In this document: piece by piece, positions 62,999 through 64,000 of the stretch | How the letters are laid out: every line of letters begins with the position of its first letter | How positions within the stretch are numbered: the first letter of the stretch is position 1 | Origin: Streptomyces virus LukeCage | Lineage: Duplodnaviria; Heunggongvirae; Uroviricota; Caudoviricetes | DNA length: 64,000 nt | Virus record (IMG/VR): IMGVR_UViG_2974629454_000001 | Location: 59,119 to 123,118 of that record | Strand: one strand, 5' to 3' | The notes under the pieces: generated by a model | What the model saw: the letters and a program-made list of their open reading frames with translations, nothing else | Told to the model about the DNA's origin: nothing | Database searches by the model: none | Translations under genes and position numbers: made by a program

Positions 62999-64000
62999 TC
63001 AGGCAGCCAGGGAGTAACCCAGGACGACCTTACGGATCTTGTTCTTCTCGGTGTTCGTGACCGGGTCGAATCCGGAAGCGGCGGCGAACAGGTTGTCCAC
63101 CTCACCCTTACGCGGCATACGGTACCAGTCCTTGAACTCAGTGAAGGCGTTCAGCGCACCGGCCATGGTACCGGCCAGAGACTGAGTGGTCTTAGGACCG
63201 TCGCCCGTGTCGGTGAAGATGCCCATGTGCAGATCACGCTTGTTGTCCCACTTGACCTGAGAACCCTTGACGTTCTCCTTGGGACGCTCACCGTAGATCG
63301 CAGCGAACATCTCATCGAACTTGTCCTTCGTGCACTGCACGCGGAACAGCTCGTTCATCTCACGCTCGAACTCATCCGCGTACGTGAACGTGATGCTCAG
63401 TGCCTCACGCGCGGCGGCCATGCGACCCTCGATGGTCTGAGTGTGGCGCATCTTGAACTGCTGCTTCACACCGTTACGGAGTGCGAAGTTCAGCGTGTTC
63501 TGACACACGACACGGACCGGAGTGACGCTCACCTGAACAGCGAGAGAACCATCGTGGGAGGTGTTCACGAGCAGATACATGTTCGTGACATCCTCGTCAC
63601 CGACCAGCACCTCACGACCGATACGCAGAGATCCGAAGACCTGCGTACCATCCTTGATAGAACCAGCCGTCTCCCAGACGCCACCACCCGCAAGGATGCC
63701 GTCACCGAATGCGAACAGCTCCTCATTCTGGACGACCTTATACCGCTCCGCGACGATACCAAGGCTGTCAGCCTCACCATCGAACGGGTTGGTACGGATC
63801 ACCTCGAAGGCACTCTTCTTGGCGCGACCCTTACGCTCCAACAGCTCCAACCGAACATTCCAGTCGGAAAGGTGGGCGAGTCGCAGCATCTCAGAGGTGG
63901 TGAGTTCCCCGTCGAAGACGGTGCCAAGCTGGTGCCATGCGGGCTCCAGACGAGAGGCGAACGCGACCTGACCACGGGAACCGATTTCGAGACCGTGCAT
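62999..64000 (-). CDS. DUF932-like phage/plasmid-family protein, N-terminus possibly beyond the window end
   Basis: 333-aa ORF running to the window edge; the segment LRLAHLSDWNVRLELL resembles DUF932/TIGR03299 family N-termini. This is a recalled similarity, not a confirmed one. Confidence 0.4.
   Translation of the reverse strand: MHGLEIGSRGQVAFASRLEPAWHQLGTVFDGELTTSEMLRLAHLSDWNVRLELLERKGRAKKSAFEVIRTNPFDGEADSLGIVAERYKVVQNEELFAFGDGILAGGGVWETAGSIKDGTQVFGSLRIGREVLVGDEDVTNMYLLVNTSHDGSLAVQVSVTPVRVVCQNTLNFALRNGVKQQFKMRHTQTIEGRMAAAREALSITFTYADEFEREMNELFRVQCTKDKFDEMFAAIYGERPKENVKGSQVKWDNKRDLHMGIFTDTGDGPKTTQSLAGTMAGALNAFTEFKDWYRMPRKGEVDNLFAAASGFDPVTNTEKNKIRKVVLGYSLAA

Overview
This window looks like a tRNA-rich stretch of a large tailed-phage genome, probably an actinobacteriophage. 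The evidence for that host is a WhiB-like regulator, about 50% GC and many sigma70-like promoters; the host call is an inference. Genes run on the + strand and are tightly packed from position 1 to about 61.3 kb. A 1.3-kb repeat-dense non-coding region follows, after which the genes switch to the - strand.

Recognisable genes include a C-family DNA polymerase alpha subunit (5' truncated by the window edge), MazG, a RecA-family ATPase, a Cas4-like PD-(D/E)XK nuclease, a RuvC-like resolvase, an FkbM methyltransferase, and a terminase large subunit followed by an HNH endonuclease. There are also vWA proteins, an FtsK/SpoIIIE-like translocase, an Rnl2-like RNA ligase, a polynucleotide kinase-phosphatase, a dCMP deaminase, a metallophosphoesterase, thioredoxin, a SprT-like metalloprotease, a NADAR-domain protein, a DEDDh exonuclease, an SPFH protein, and many small Zn-ribbon and KOW-like proteins.

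By manual inspection the window holds roughly 45 tRNA genes in several clusters, one tmRNA with a YALAA-ending tag, and about ten tRNA-like elements that do not fold as canonical tRNAs. A Ro60/Rsr (TROVE + vWA) orthologue sits directly downstream of a tRNA-Asp gene and two tRNA-like modules; together these are the best candidate for an Rsr-Y-RNA-like ribonucleoprotein system. All tRNA coordinates, anticodons and gene starts were assigned by eye and are approximate (within a few nt).
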